A DNA stretch of 64,000 nt from Podarcis cretensis (Eukaryota): positions 72,478,001 through 72,542,000 of the forward strand of contig OX638152.1 of the NCBI GenBank assembly GCA_951804945.1, written 5' to 3'. Below are positions 24,032 through 37,500 of the stretch, one piece after another; the first letter of the stretch is position 1; each line of letters opens with the position of its first letter. The position numbers and the translations under genes are program-made. The notes under the pieces were generated by a model. That model saw nothing but the letters and a program-made list of their open reading frames with translations, was not told where the DNA came from and ran no database searches.

Positions 24032-24532
24032 AGTTTTTTAAAAAATGCCTTTGAATACACAAAAATATCTAAAGTCCCTGCCAAGTGAGCACAGCTAGGA
24101 AAATACAGTTGCTAAATGAAAACAGTTGTACTGAGAGAAGAACAGGGTTGTGCCAGAAATGGTGGATCACAGCTTTACCTTCATGAAATTCCAAAATACT
24201 ATTCAGGCAGGTAGCAGATCTGAGAAGCCGTCTACACGCTCTCTGTGATGTTAGAGGGCTTCTTGCCACTTGTCTTGAAATCTGACCTTGGGGGCTACGG
24301 ATTTAATAGCCCACAATCTTTCATCTCAATGTGGTGAACTTTAAACATTTTTCAGTTTTGCTTTTGATTTAGAGCCGTGTGCTTTAATCCTGCCATATAC
24401 CTATCTAGGGTATATAGTGCAATTCAGCCAAAGTTAAGTACTTTCAGGACTCATTGATTTCAGTGGAAGAGTTAACCACTGTGATCAGTGGAACCTAATA
24501 AGTGGCTGGATTGTGTAGCACAACCTTAAGGT

Positions 24533-25060
24533 CAGGAATGGGGAACCCCACTGTTGGACTCAACATTGCTCATTCGTCCCAGCCAACACAGTCAGAATGA
24601 TGAGAGGTGTAACTCAATAACATCTAGGGGGCCACAGAGCAGGTGGGGAACCTGTAACCCTCCACATGTTGATGGAGTGTAATTCCCATCATCCCTGACC
24701 ACTGAATCCCCCTGTCAAGTTTTTCTCTCCTGGATAACTTCTCAGAACACTTACCCTATTGTGAGTTTCCTACTGGTATTGGGGAAGAGGAGAATACTTG
24801 ATCCAGGAATGCTATTCTCAGAAGCAGTCTTGAAGGGCATGTAACAAGTAATTCTGTCGTAAGTATAGCATTAACTTGACAAATTAATATTTTCACACCT
24901 TGTGCTATCTACAAACACCAGTGGCAGGAATGGGAAACCTCTGGCCCGTCAATCATTGGACTCCAACTCCCATCAGCCCTGGGCAGCATGGCCAATAGTC
25001 AGGTTAATGGGAGTTGTAGTCCAGCAACACCTAAAGGGCCACATGTTCACTTTCCATGCC
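24533..25060. mobile_element. Cluster of three degraded hairpin hAT-type MITE copies in the 3' UTR (~24533-24639, 24640-24714, 24925-25060)
   Basis: CAGG..TGGG.AACC starts and GGACT.CAACTCCCATCA / ATGGGAGTTGTAGTCC arms, shared with 56506-56642. Confidence 0.65.
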
Positions 25061-25689
25061 CCATGGCTTTATTTTGAGGGACAAAATAGGAACATAAATG
25101 TGCATCTTTTGGAAGAAAGCTCAAACTGAGAGAAACATGTTGATAATTCTCCTTACCCCAATCAATTTTGGTTCTGCCTATGATATAAACTACTATGACC
25201 ACTGATAGTGCACATCTGTTCCTTTATGCAACATGCACCTTAAAACGTACCAAAGTAGTATTAAATATAACAAAAGAGCTGATGCAAGAGAAGTTATTTC
25301 ATTATTATTTTTGTTGGACACAAAATTATTTCCATAATTCCCTGCAATACTTTTGACATAGCCAAGCCTTTATAGAATATGATTACTAACTTACTCTCTA
25401 ACCATTCTTCTATCAGCTCTCTGGGATCAACTCTTCAGTTAGCAACAACCCTGATTTATTTCCATCACATCACAGCAATAATTACTGTAACAATGCAAAT
25501 GCCTTACAGCAAGGGAATCCCTAGCTGACTTCAGTCCTTCTGTATTTTGTATGGTGTTTGTTTTGGACTATGAGACTGGAAGAATACAGTGACCTGTGTC
25601 TCAGTGTATAAATTATTGGTCTTTACAAGACTCTGATACTTCTACTGTGTTTTATATAAATATTAAGATCAGTATACTGTATGTTTTAT

Positions 25690-25746
25690 AATAAAAAAAA
25701 ATATTTTCCACAAAGCTTTGTCACAGTGGTTTTTCCTGGTAATAAA
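25690..25746 (+). terminator. MXRA5: Tandem polyadenylation signals (AATAAA 25690-25695 and 25741-25746)
   Basis: Two canonical hexamers. A TGTA motif and AU-rich sequence lie upstream, and GT/T-rich sequence (TTTGTC...GTGGTTTTT) follows the first. Confidence 0.6.
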
Positions 25747-26025
25747 ACCGCTCCATGGACCATGTCAAACAGAGTGTGGTTAAAGAGTAGACAATTCCAA
25801 AACACTTTAAAAGAAAGTGTTTTCTTTAAGGACTCAGCCCAGGGCCAGCCCAAGGTAACGCTCTGCTGCTTGACATGAAGGAAAAGATGGCAGATCTCCA
25901 GTTCATGTACAAAGCCTGACAGCACTGGCAATTGAGTCCTCCTTCAATTCTGGCAACAAAATAGCATCCAGTGAACCTGAGGGGACAGTTTAATGGGTGT
26001 ATGACAACCCTGTGGCAGAAAGAGA

Positions 26026-26445
26026 GATGGGGGAGGAATTTGATTCAGTTTGCCTTTAAAGGCAAACTTAGTTCATTTGTACTAGCAGTGCAAGAAGAGA
26101 AATAGTCATCTTTTCTGATAATCTGATCCTGAATATTGCAATGCAGCTCTCCAATGTGCCCCAAAGCACATCTGCTGGGGCAAAACGTGCATTAAAATAC
26201 ATCTATTTGTAACAGCATTATACAAAAATGCATTGTATTAGGAAGGAAGCGCTTTACAAAAATGTGCATTTTGGGCAAAATTGCATACAAAAAGTGCAAA
26301 TTGTAAGAAAGGTGTTCTAAAATGCTGATGAATTTTCACAAGGACTTTAAAAAAAAATCACAAGCTGATATGCAAATGTGGAGAACTGAGCTTAAAATTG
26401 GGAAACGAAAACAGAGTAACCAGGATTGACAGGTTCAACCATCCT
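26026..26445. mobile_element. Interspersed repeat (DNA-transposon-like), partial second copy at ~45240-45420
   Basis: Shared blocks AAATGTGGA.AACT, AAATGC..ATAT and GA.AG.TTCA.CCATCC appear in both places. Confidence 0.45.
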
Positions 26446-27439
26446 TGGATACACACAGCTCTGCTCAAAGCTTGGGAATGGCTGGCGGCTCATGGAAAAA
26501 TGGTTTGAAGGGACTGCTACTGTTCCCCCACCCACCCACAGTATTTGTTAGCTGAGGCAATTGACTTATTCTGTCTAATGGTAGGGCCAGCACTGACTTG
26601 ATCAAAGGTGCACAAAGCTGCCACAGTCTTAGTGTTGATGTGGTTTGGTAATCATACCCCCAAGGTGCTTCAGTGCTCAGGACTCGTGCCTTGTGACTGA
26701 GCAAATGCTATTTATGGAAATGCTAGGTAAATGTGGCAATTGTGAACTGTAGCAAGCTCCACAATGCTCACAATCCTTTTTTCATACACTGATCCTGTAA
26801 AATGGGTCACTGATAATGCACATCTCTTACAGATGGGGAAGAGAAGCTGAAAAATTGTGACAGTTGGTCAAAGTTACACAATGAGTCCATGTTAGGTGTA
26901 CCAAAACTCCGGGTTACAATTCCATATCTGCTGTCCGATCAGCATCAATTCAGGTGTGAAGGGTAGGGAGAGCAATGGACCTTTAATATGATATCCTGTC
27001 ATGGGTTTTTAAGAAGAACATAGCTCCCTTCCCCACCATTTGCAAGCTGGCCTAAAGTCTTCATCCATCAGCCAACTTGATTTTAAATCTCCAAAATGTA
27101 TTGGTGTTTTTTTTTTGGGGGGGGGGGTATCCTCAGAAATTTTTTTGTCTGTCTAGGTCCTATTTATAACCAAATGAAGGCTATATGAAGTACTACTTTG
27201 TTTCACCACTGCTTAATTGTTTGCTCTTTGATAGCCACTTAAAGAACATCATGCTAAAAGTTGACTCTGATTTAAAAGACATGTTTCTATTTTTAAATGA
27301 TAGGGCACCAACATCTGTGAAGCATGATGCCACATCTTTTTAAAGAAAGAAAAGAATGAAAAGAAAAACAGTTTAAAATGTCAAGCCCACTTCTGTTATT
27401 ATACTAAGCAATGCATTATTTATTGTTGCTGCTGCTGCT

Positions 27440-27608
27440 ATTATTATTATTAATAATATTATTAGAATTTCTATACTGTCCTATACCCAGAGTTCTCAGG
27501 GTGGTTCACAGAACAAAATCAAAATATAAAACCACGAAATATATAATCAAAATAAAAACAAGAACCCAATAAACCCCCCCCCCAAAAAAAACACATTTTA
27601 AAAGGGCA
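27440..27608 (-). mobile_element. L2/CR1-clade LINE 3' end with (TAA)n tail
   Basis: An (ATT)n run followed by TTTCTATAC...CTCAGGGTGGTTCACA and an A-rich body, the typical reverse-strand LINE tail. Confidence 0.5.
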
Positions 27609-29903
27609 ATTAGCTCTATATGGATTCTTATTATGAAGACTAAGAACAATAGCACTTTAAAAGACTGCATGATTAAAGCTGGCTCCATACTTCAATATCA
27701 TATTAAATTGGAGTCTTGGGCAATCTCTTACCAGAGAGTCAGGAAATCCATTAACATCGACCATGCATTTCAAAGCAGATCTTTCGATTCAAACAGCTGC
27801 GCATAATGTGGCATCCAGAACTTGCAGTGGTCATCTGAGTACTCCACTATGTGGCAATTGCCCAATTCCACTCCCTCCACAACACAGTGATTCTAATTAT
27901 CATTTCAAAGGATTTGCAGAAGAATACTGCTAAATTAGATACTGGCCTTGTTTGCACATAACAAGTTAAAAAACAACAACAAGTTAATATGTTGTCTCAC
28001 AGAGCATCAGACAAACCACAGTTTCTTTTGCCAAAGTTTGGTTTGTTCTCCATCTGCTCTTGCTTCCTGCATTTTTAATTTAGTGAGGATGCTCAAACAA
28101 GCCATAGTCAGGGAAGGATGATTGATTTGCAGGTAATGCCAAACCATACTTAAACCAATCGCTCAAACACCACCAACAAAACATGGTTTCAGACTGGTTT
28201 GCTGACAGTAAACATCCTATGATGCTATGCAGGTGTTAGTTTATTCATTCAAAAACAAGGCTACCCACTTTTAATAGGAGAAACTGAAACATTACAAAAT
28301 AGTAAATGTGTTTTGAGTACTCCATAACTCCATCAGGCCAGCTGTTAAGCAAAGCAGAAAGGGCAGGGAAAACATATGCTTAGTGTTGAAACATTTAGGG
28401 CTAATCCACACTTACTTTTTAGCCCACATTTTATAGGCACAGGCCTGCACTTTAAAGTTCTATGTACCCCCCCCCCAACCCACTCTTTAACGTTGAATCA
28501 GAGCAAATGGCAATTTGAGTTCTCTACAAATTGCCCCTTGATCCGATTCAGCAGTAAAGAAGGGTTTTTTGTGGGGAAAGTGCTGAGGCAAATGATAAAA
28601 ATAAATAAAAGCACTCAGATACAGAGCTTTAAAGCATGTACCTGTGCCTAGAAACATAGCATAAAGGGAAGTCTGGATGAGCCCTAAGTCATGGTCTTAA
28701 GATGGAGAGAGGATGCTTCAGTTAGGCTTTACTACATGCAACTGTTCTCTAAGAAGATCTGGAAGACTGGAGGGGGGGACCTCTGTCTTTCCCCACCCCC
28801 GATGAGAGCAGGCTTGTTCATACAGAGAAGCTGTTGTAAGTATGCAGGGACCCACCACATATAATATGAGACAATCATACAGCAAATAGCATAAATACCT
28901 AAGAGAAAGATATCTGTTTTCAATCATAAGGAACCGTTTCGCCTCCCACAGAACAAAATGGCATATCATATCTTCTTCAATCAATCGCAGTTAATTTGTA
29001 ACACTTGAAGGTGAAAGCTGTCTTCGGGCTAAATTTACACAGAATTACTTGACTGCAACATGTGAGTTGCAAATCCCTGTGGAACTTGTCAAAGAGATTA
29101 ATTATCTGGAGACATTGTGAAGACACAAGGTAACTTGCAGAAAGCGAAAGAAGAGAAATAAATGCCTATGTTAAAAAAAAAAAGGAGGGGGTTTCTTTTT
29201 CTGAAGTAGCAGTTTGAGGTTCAGTGAGACTTCAGGGTGGGGGTGGGGGGCCCTATTGAAAAGCATGAGAAACTGACCAGTTTTGGGGGAATAGTCAGGC
29301 ACATACATGAGAGCAAAGCAGGGAAGCATGAATCTTCAACCAGTGTACACAAATATACTTAGAAGATTTGTATAAAGAAGGAACAGGGTCATGGAGCTGT
29401 AAAGGCAGGAGATTGGGGCATAAGTCCAAGGACCCACTCAGCTGTCAGAGGGCCCTCAAACACAATAGGGCTGGCTCACCACATATTGAGGTGAAGTAAT
29501 ACACTTTACCATCTAAAGTGCAATGCGAGACCACAAAGTATCTGAAAATATCTAACTGCACCACTGGGATAAAGTATGTACTTGATACAATTATTGTTGT
29601 CAAAACTGCTGCTGTCAACATAACAGCTAAGAGGGGGAAAGAAAAGAAGCTCAGAGCATGCACATACAATTATGCAATTCCATACCAATATAGATCCCCT
29701 TAGAGTTTTGCTTAACGGTTTCTCCAGAAATTCACAATAATGATCGGTTTCTATGGTTATAAAACAGATTTCCCTCCTGTCAGAAACTGTATGTCTATAT
29801 TTAAAAAATATAAAATGAGTTTTTTCAACACAAGCAAATCTGACTTCCTATATTTTTGAGTACATGAAACATCAAGAAGGGATTATATGTTTTTAGTGAT
29901 TTT

Positions 29904-29907
<4 letters not shown>

Positions 29908-29936
<29 letters not shown>
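29908..29936. repeat. (CAA)n microsatellite
   Basis: Directly visible. Confidence 0.9.
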
Positions 29937-29942
29937 TTTGTA

Positions 29943-30183
29943 CAGTGGTACCTCTAGTTATGAACTTAATTTGTTCTGGAGGTCCATTCTTAACTTGAAA
30001 CTGTTCTTAACCTGAGGCGAGCTTTCGCTAATGGGGCCTCTTGCTGCCACTGCGCCAACAACATACGATTTCCATTCTCATCCTGGGGCAAAGTTCTCAA
30101 CTCGAGGTAACTCTTCCAGGTTAGCGGAGTTTGTAACCAGAAGCATTTGTAACCTGGGGCATTTGTAACTCGAGGTACTACTG
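29943..30183. mobile_element. Tc1/mariner-type MITE
   Basis: TA|CAGTGGTACCTCTAGTTA...TAACTCGAGGTACTACTG|TA. TIRs match 16/18; TA TSD. Confidence 0.88.
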
Positions 30184-33100
30184 TATATTATTTGAATGGC
30201 CCATTTCAGAATACTAAAATATTCTGAGTTCATGAAGATGTGAGAGACTCAAAACTACATACACAAATTCCCTCTGCAAACAATGATTTATTTATTTTAA
30301 TAGAAACATCCAGATTTTAATTTACTAGCATTTCTGTTTCAAGAGAGAGAGAGAGATTTCTGTAAATTGAGCTGTCAACATTTTTGTACATCATTATGAT
30401 TAAGACATCTCATGGGCTCTGAATGGGGAACCGTTTGAACTGCATGTTCTGCAGCTTTTGAATGGAATTATTAATCTTCTTTCCTTTGAATGGCCCGACC
30501 TCAAACCTACTGTATCCTCGTCAATTCTCATAAGCTTCCAAGACAAAAGAAACGTTAATCTAGATTCTGTACCCGGGTCATCTCGATACACTGAACACGC
30601 AATTACATTAAATCACCACCGCAGAGCTAACAGCAATTGGAATGGCCAGCATGTGAATAAATGCTCATTTCCCTCATTACTGGAGTTCCTTGGGAAGTAC
30701 TGTAAAGTGCCACATACAACAAAGGAGCACTTGGCCTCGTGAACTTATGCTGTATGTCCTGCTGTTACATTACTCATTGTATTTTGATTCAGATAAAGCG
30801 GTTCTTGCTGAGCGGAGGGCTTGGGTACAATAAAAGGTTGAACCGTGAGGCAGGAATGCTCGCGTTGGCCTGTGCTTGCGTGTTGATCTGCCACCCATGT
30901 ACCATCTGTAAGGTAATTGTACAGATTTAAGAGGCATAAGCGGTCTTGCAAAGCATTTAAAAGTTTCTATGTGACCTACAGCATGATTCATACATTAGCT
31001 TGAAAGGAAAATAGAAATTTAAGGGCCGTATAGTGAATTCAATTAAGAGCATTGCTATAAGGATGATGTATTCCTGGTGATTCACACATATATGCAGGAG
31101 GAGTGAGGTGCAAACAAGTAACATGATCCCTTGTTACATCCAGTTGTGGAAGAAAACCTTTCTTGTGGCTTGCTTTGTTGGAAAGAGATGGAAAACTCCC
31201 ACTTTGGTAGATGTTTTAAAAGTTGCTGGGATCTATTCCTTTTCCAACCTCCTCATGACCTGTTTAGGAGCTTCCCAGAGGGATCCAGTTTCCACTGTGG
31301 GAAATGGGATGCTGAGCTAGATGAGTTGTGGTTTGATCCAATGGGACTCTTGCCCCCAGACCCCTGAAGAAGACTCAACAGCCAGCAAACTGGTGGAATG
31401 ATTATGTTTACTGAAATGTAAGATCTGCAAATCAAGAACCAATTAATAAGTGTGGGCAGATGAGTTAATTTATTGTAATTCAAAGGGCAAGCACACAAGA
31501 CATTTCCCATGAGCCTATAAAGCTGTAGTAGGCTGGTGAAATGTGGCCAGCAGATACCCTACAGATCCCTATCAGGGAGCCAGGATTGGACACGGGTTCA
31601 CCTGATGAGACACCTGTGTTTCTGTGCCATGCTGGTGGAAGAAAGAGGCCATAGGTCTCTGAAAATCTGAATGGAATTTCCCACAGCTTTAAAAGGAAAG
31701 AGGGACTGTGAAATTATTAGTTTCGTTTTGGATGATTTGCCCTCAGACTAATGGTGTAATCATAGCCTATTCTTATAACATCCAAGACCAAAGAAACATA
31801 TCGAGTCCTGTCGTAAATTTGTGTTATTTATGCTATGTCCTCAACTAGCACAGACTGTTTCAATAAACAGGTTGCCAAGACCTGCTCAAAGATTCTTCAG
31901 TTTTTGTTTCTTCTACACATTGGTATTGACCTCCATTCCCTCCCCCCCCCCGTAAATGTCTTTTAGGAACAAATAGTCCCTTTTAGGAGGAAGGAGGGGG
32001 AACAAACTGACAGGCCTGCCAAAACCAACAACTAGCCTAAGTCAGAGTGAGCCACCGATTGTCAAGCTCCCGCAGGCTTTGCTGACTTGGAATATTTGTA
32101 TGGCATCCTTTCCTCCTGCTTTTAAAGTAATCTGAGCTATAGGACGGGAATCTTAACCACAAAGATGACAAGACAAGACATGCTTTGAAACCACCCGGAG
32201 AATTACGGCTGCCATAAGACTGCTTAATGGCAGACTCAGATGAGTGGCCAAGTTCTCTGCAGTTCTGGAGTCAGTGAAATTATCCAGACATAAATTAGCA
32301 CAGGATATGCCAAAAGGTAATATTTAATACGAAGTTGATAAACAGGACACCACACCTTAGGGAGGAACAATCTCAAACAAGGACAAACTTACGCTGTGAA
32401 AAACAGCTACCTGGAGAGTGGAGGAGCCCTTTCAGACATCATATTTAATTACTCCTACTGAGAAAACGTGATATTTACCCTTATCATTGCATCATCACTT
32501 TAACTCATGGGGTACACCCTGTGCTCAGCGTAACCATGTGGCACACCTATCTCTTCTGCTGCTGAGCCTTCTGGCCTCATCTTGCAATGACATTCCACAC
32601 ACACTTTCTGTCTCTACCTGTGGTTGGGTGTGTAACTGTCAACTGAGGATAACTCTTTGTGTATCCTTGTTTCAGACTAACAATCTGCATCTCTGGAATT
32701 TGTCACCGTGCAAATGGTACTGGTGTTCAGTCATGTTTCTGCCTAATGTGTCATATACTTTGATCTCTATACATTTAGAAGGAGCCAATTCCTTCACCAT
32801 TTCCTGCTGTAACAATGAATAAAAAGTCTCTCTCATAGACCAAAAGCAAATACATAATAATACGCACTTTTAGTAAACCTGAGGGCAGGGTCATTGAGAG
32901 GGTTTCTTGCTGAATGTCCTACAAGTCCATTTGGAAGTTCATCATATCCAGAACAACATCATTTTGCAGAGATAGTAGAAATGCTTTTTATTTCCATTGG
33001 ATGTCTACAACTATTCCCTCTTCCCCCTCTCTCTTTCTCCCCATTGTCTATGACAATCGGGTCTCATACCAAATGTAAACAACCTGTGAAGAAAGACTCT

Positions 33101-33313
33101 GTAAATTGAAAGAGGAGACACTATATGTACTTTCCCTTGTTTATTTGTTTGTTTTGCATTACAATAAATTCTTTAATAAAAACTAATTTTAAAAAACTAG
33201 CTAATGACCCAATAGGAAATTATTCTCCATATCTATTTTTAATATTCTAATTTTATCTCTCTATTTTTTCCACAAATAGGATACTGTTCTGAGTCTTCAA
33301 GATAGACTGATTC

Positions 33314-33357
<44 letters not shown>
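33314..33357. repeat. (ATT)n microsatellite
   Basis: Directly visible. Confidence 0.95.
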
Positions 33358-36125
33358 GCTTTCACTGTTGGTGTCATTATGCATTGTATACAATGTATGC
33401 AAAGAACAGAACACCTTCTAACATCATCTAACATACCATCTAATAAACATCATGCCTACGGAAGACATGTATTACCACTACACATGCAAGCTCAGTGCTT
33501 TCCTTCTAAAACTTTCACGAATGAAGAAGATTAATGAGGCTGTGTCAGGCACATGGAGAAGCATGGCTGCAATTATATGGTCTAAGCATAAGTAATAAAT
33601 GGATGGTTTGATCATATGGATAGTGCAAATTATGTGGGTACTTCTGACACCAGTTGCAGTAACCCCAACAGACAGTAGGATGGAGACATGATGAGAAGTA
33701 TTTGTATGAATTAGGCTACTCACCCTGTCAAAATGTTCATATCTTCCGCACCATTTGAAAAACTTGTCTCTTTGCATAGGGGTTCCCAGATCACTGAGGT
33801 CAGCTTTTAATGGATCTGTATTCAACAATGTGGTTTTATATTTTATGATGTTGTTGCTTTGTTTTTTATCTTGCACTGTTGCCATTTGATTACTCTTTTT
33901 GTAAACTGCTTTAAGATTTTTTAATGCAAATGCCTTTTTAAAAAGTTAGCTGGTCAAGGGTAACAGAAGATTTTAACAATGTCAGTGTAGGCATTGGCCA
34001 AGTCTGCTTTTTATTACAATGCTTTTAGTGCCAGAGCAAGAGTCCAGCTCACAGTTAGAGCAAATGGGAAACATATGAATCACTCATTGCGTTTGGCACT
34101 GCTTTATGAATTGCACTACTGTATATGGCAGAGCTTGGTGTGTGTGATGACTAAGAATCAACACTACAGTTGTCAGAGCATATATAAAATAAAGGAACAA
34201 CCCCCGCCCCCGCCCCCGGCAACAAAGCAATTCTGATACTCTCTGGGTATATTCACAAGTAACACTACAAACCCTTTAGTGTGAATTAGGAACACAGTTA
34301 ATGCAAGATTAGAAGCACAAGAGAGGGATTTTCTCATTTTAAAAAACTTAATAGTCAATGCCAGTTTTAGATGCAGGCAATGCAAACATTCATTTAAGCA
34401 CCACTTCTGAAAACAACTTTGAACTTCAATGGATTTCTTTATGCTGGCACTTCCCACAACCTCTGCCAACCACAAATCCCACCCTCCAACCCAATCTACT
34501 TATATGTAGTTTTTCTATCAATCTGTTATCAACCTGCCTTCAGTGACATGATACAAGTCATTTGTAGATCCGCATTTGTGTGTAATGTTGCTTAATCCTC
34601 CCCTGTTGACCGGTTAACCACAATGCTAGTCAAGGAGACATGGCTGTCAATGATCTGTTATACAAGCCTCCAGCTCATCTCTCTGCTGGACATCTTCTGA
34701 TGTTGATTCTAACCTCCAATGAATCTTCAGGGTGCTTCTGAGATGCTCCCAGTCAAAGCAGAGAGAGATCGGAATGGGATGAGAGATTCTCAGGCTGAGG
34801 TCTCCCTGGGATGCTCAAAGCATTTTTAAGTTTATATTGTGGGCCTTCCTGTGTACTCACCATCCCCACAGAACAGCCCTGCTGTCAGCAAATTTGAAGT
34901 AGATGTTATTTTACTCTCTATGAAATCCTTTGTGCTCACCATCTATTTATTCTCATCTGAAAATTTCACCAGAGGTTTTCTTTGAAACTTGTTTGGATTT
35001 CTTCTACAGTAGCCCCCTGGAACTGATATCTCTTTAGGTGGTCAGTGTTTCAATGACATTGTTTCAATATCGCTCGGGGGGTGGTAAAATGTCACATAAC
35101 TTGCATTCAGGATTTTATATTAGAGAAATCTTCCAGCAATTATATGATTATATCAGCATTTCCTTTTTATCAAACATATAACCAGTCAGTGTCCATATAG
35201 ACTGAGGATCTATACTGAGTTCCACGTTAGTGAGCCCCACTCTAGAATAGTGTTAAACTCTTTGTGAAACTTCATGAAACTTACAAATGATCACAGAGAC
35301 AGAAAAGGAACCTGAACTCATAAAATGAATTTTTATATGGGTTTTATGTCACTTCCTTAAATTTTGTTAACCTCAAAGCACAAAAATTTTATAACAGTAC
35401 ATAAATGGAAGCTTTTTGGAATGGGATGGTTTAGATATGAAAATGTCAAAATATGTAATCCAAGATGAAAATCTAATTTAGCTGCATTTCAGAATTGGAC
35501 AATATTGTGAAGTGGTGGAAATGATTTTAAATGCCAAGACATTCCAATATAGTACCATAATTGCCTTATTTTTACAACTGTTTATCATTCAGCTCCATCT
35601 ATTGATGAATTGTGTTGAGAAGTCAAAAGATTAGTAACATTTGTAAATAGTTAGTTTTCAATAAGTGAACTGCTTAGCAAGGGCTTCTTTTCACATGGAT
35701 ATCATATAGTGATAAGAAAAATATTATGCTTTCCTCCTAGCAAACAAATAGGGATACATTCTTTTATCAGTTAGTTTATGTTTTTCTGTTGCCTGAAGAC
35801 TTATTTTTATTAGGTATTTGTGATTAGCATCTCATGTAAAGAGTCACTCAGCTAATTACTTTCAATATATTGCAGGTGTTATGAAACTTCAATTTTTATG
35901 CCAAGTTGGATTCTTTTTCTTTTCTTTTGCAAGTCTTGTACTTGAATATGTCAGCCTTGTAACATAAAATAAAGTTTCCTGCCTGCAGTTCTGATAACAT
36001 ATTTTTTTTCAGGACAAAACTATTTGTTAAGCATTTTAAAATATTTCAGCCCACTCTTCATCATAAGTCATCCCAGGACACTTACAATAACTCAAATAGA
36101 ATAACTGGACTATTGTAACACAAAC

Positions 36126-36350
36126 TGTGTGGGGCTTCCCTTGAGACTAGTCTGGAAGCTGAAGCTGGTGCAGAACACTGTTGCATCTGTATATATTGCA
36201 CTAGTGCTAAATGAATTGCATTGACTGCAAATTAGCTACTGGATCAAGTTCTTGTTATTAACATGTAAAAACCTGAAAGACCACTTCCCCATATACAGGC
36301 CTATTTGGCCACTTAGATGATCAGTGAGAACCTTCTTGTTGACACTGTCC
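36126..36350 (+). mobile_element. Degraded L2 LINE ORF2 C-terminal fragment
   Basis: Translates to GLPLRLVWKLKLVQNTVA...VLNELH*LQISYWIKF. This matches the L2 signature GLP..KLQLVQNAAA...LHWLP..RI.FK, with stops and deletions. Confidence 0.65.
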
Positions 36351-36712
36351 TGCAATTTTTCCCAAGGTGTTTTTCCATTTTCCATGGTTACCCCTGTAGT
36401 CATGCTACAATTCATAAGACAGCATTAGTTATCTGTTTTAGTCACTCCTGAAATCATATATTTTTACCCAAATCTTTCCTGACCCTCTATGTTTTTTAAA
36501 ACATATATTTAATATTTGTGTACCTTTGCTATTTCATTTCACTACTGATACTGTATCTTTAGAAGCTACTTAATGATTGTACATCATGTTCTTTGTTTAA
36601 TAAAAAACAGTCATCATGGAAATTCATCAGCATTTTGTTGTGAATTTGCCCTAGTATTGAATTATTTAAAAACTGCATATTGGTAGCCATTTTTGCCTAA
36701 TGTGCAGAGTTT

Positions 36713-37500
36713 TGCAAAGACTCTCCTCCTGCAAAAGAGGGGAGTGGTTGTGGGCGGGAGCCGGTCTCCGCCTCAAGCAGGGGGCATTAGCCCCCTGGCT
36801 CCCACTCACCTGGCTGGCACACCATGCCCATGGGCAGGCACCCAACCAGGTTCCTTCGAAGGGGCTGCTGCTCCAGCCACGCGGCCTCACTCTTCGTCGT
36901 CCTGTTGCGAGTCACACACCCTCCACTCCCTTAGAGCTCAGTGTTTCAGTTTTTCTCTTGGCCTTGCTATGGACCTTAGGTTGGTCGCGCTGGTTGTCCG
37001 GGGGGCCTGGTAGGAATTTTTCCATTAGGCATTAGGCTTTGTGTTTTTTTCGCCTACCTCGTAGCAATCATCACAACTTTTGTGGTATTGGTGGGTAGGT
37101 TAGGCATTGGAATAATGTGTTGTGGTGTGTGGAAGGGCTAGGTGTGGCCATCGCCTACGCCTTCAATTTTGGGGTATTCCGTTAAAGGAATCCGGCGGTC
37201 ATGTATTCTGTCTGATGCCTGCGTGGCGGGAGGCCATGGCACGACCCTCAGTGACATCAGGGGAGAGCTTATAGTTGGATTAGCGTCAACAGGCTCCACC
37301 TACTGGTGAATAACCCCCCCTTTTTGACTCAGCCCTCTCCGAGTGGGTGGAGTCAAGTGACATGATCCAATGCCTAAGCCAATACCTTTTCACTTGCTGT
37401 AATCAAGAAAGTTGTGGCCTTTTCTTGCCCATTAACCTTATATCACATGTCCGTGTGTCTTCATTCCACTATGTGGGGATCGGGTCCTCGAACCACAAAG
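36713..37500 (+). mobile_element. GC/CpG-rich ~790-bp insertion, candidate DIRS/Ngaro-type terminal repeat or atypical solo LTR
   Basis: Sharp compositional boundaries within AT-rich DNA and no TG...CA termini. Bounded by TGCAAAG / CACAAAG. A polyA-signal-like AAGAAAGTTGTGGCC lies near the 3' end. Confidence 0.5.

Larger units (their letters stand above)
24032..25765 (+). other. MXRA5: MXRA5 3' UTR (approximate end)
   Basis: Runs from the stop codon to the AATAAA signals at 25690 and 25741, with an AU-rich terminal segment. Confidence 0.6.

Noticed and set aside
31591-31650. CTGATGA core suggesting a hammerhead ribozyme
   Set aside because: Could not build stems II and III or place the GAAA core correctly.
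32875-33197. Possible old L1 3' end (AATAAA + A-rich tail)
   Set aside because: No recognisable ORF2 motif or TSD.
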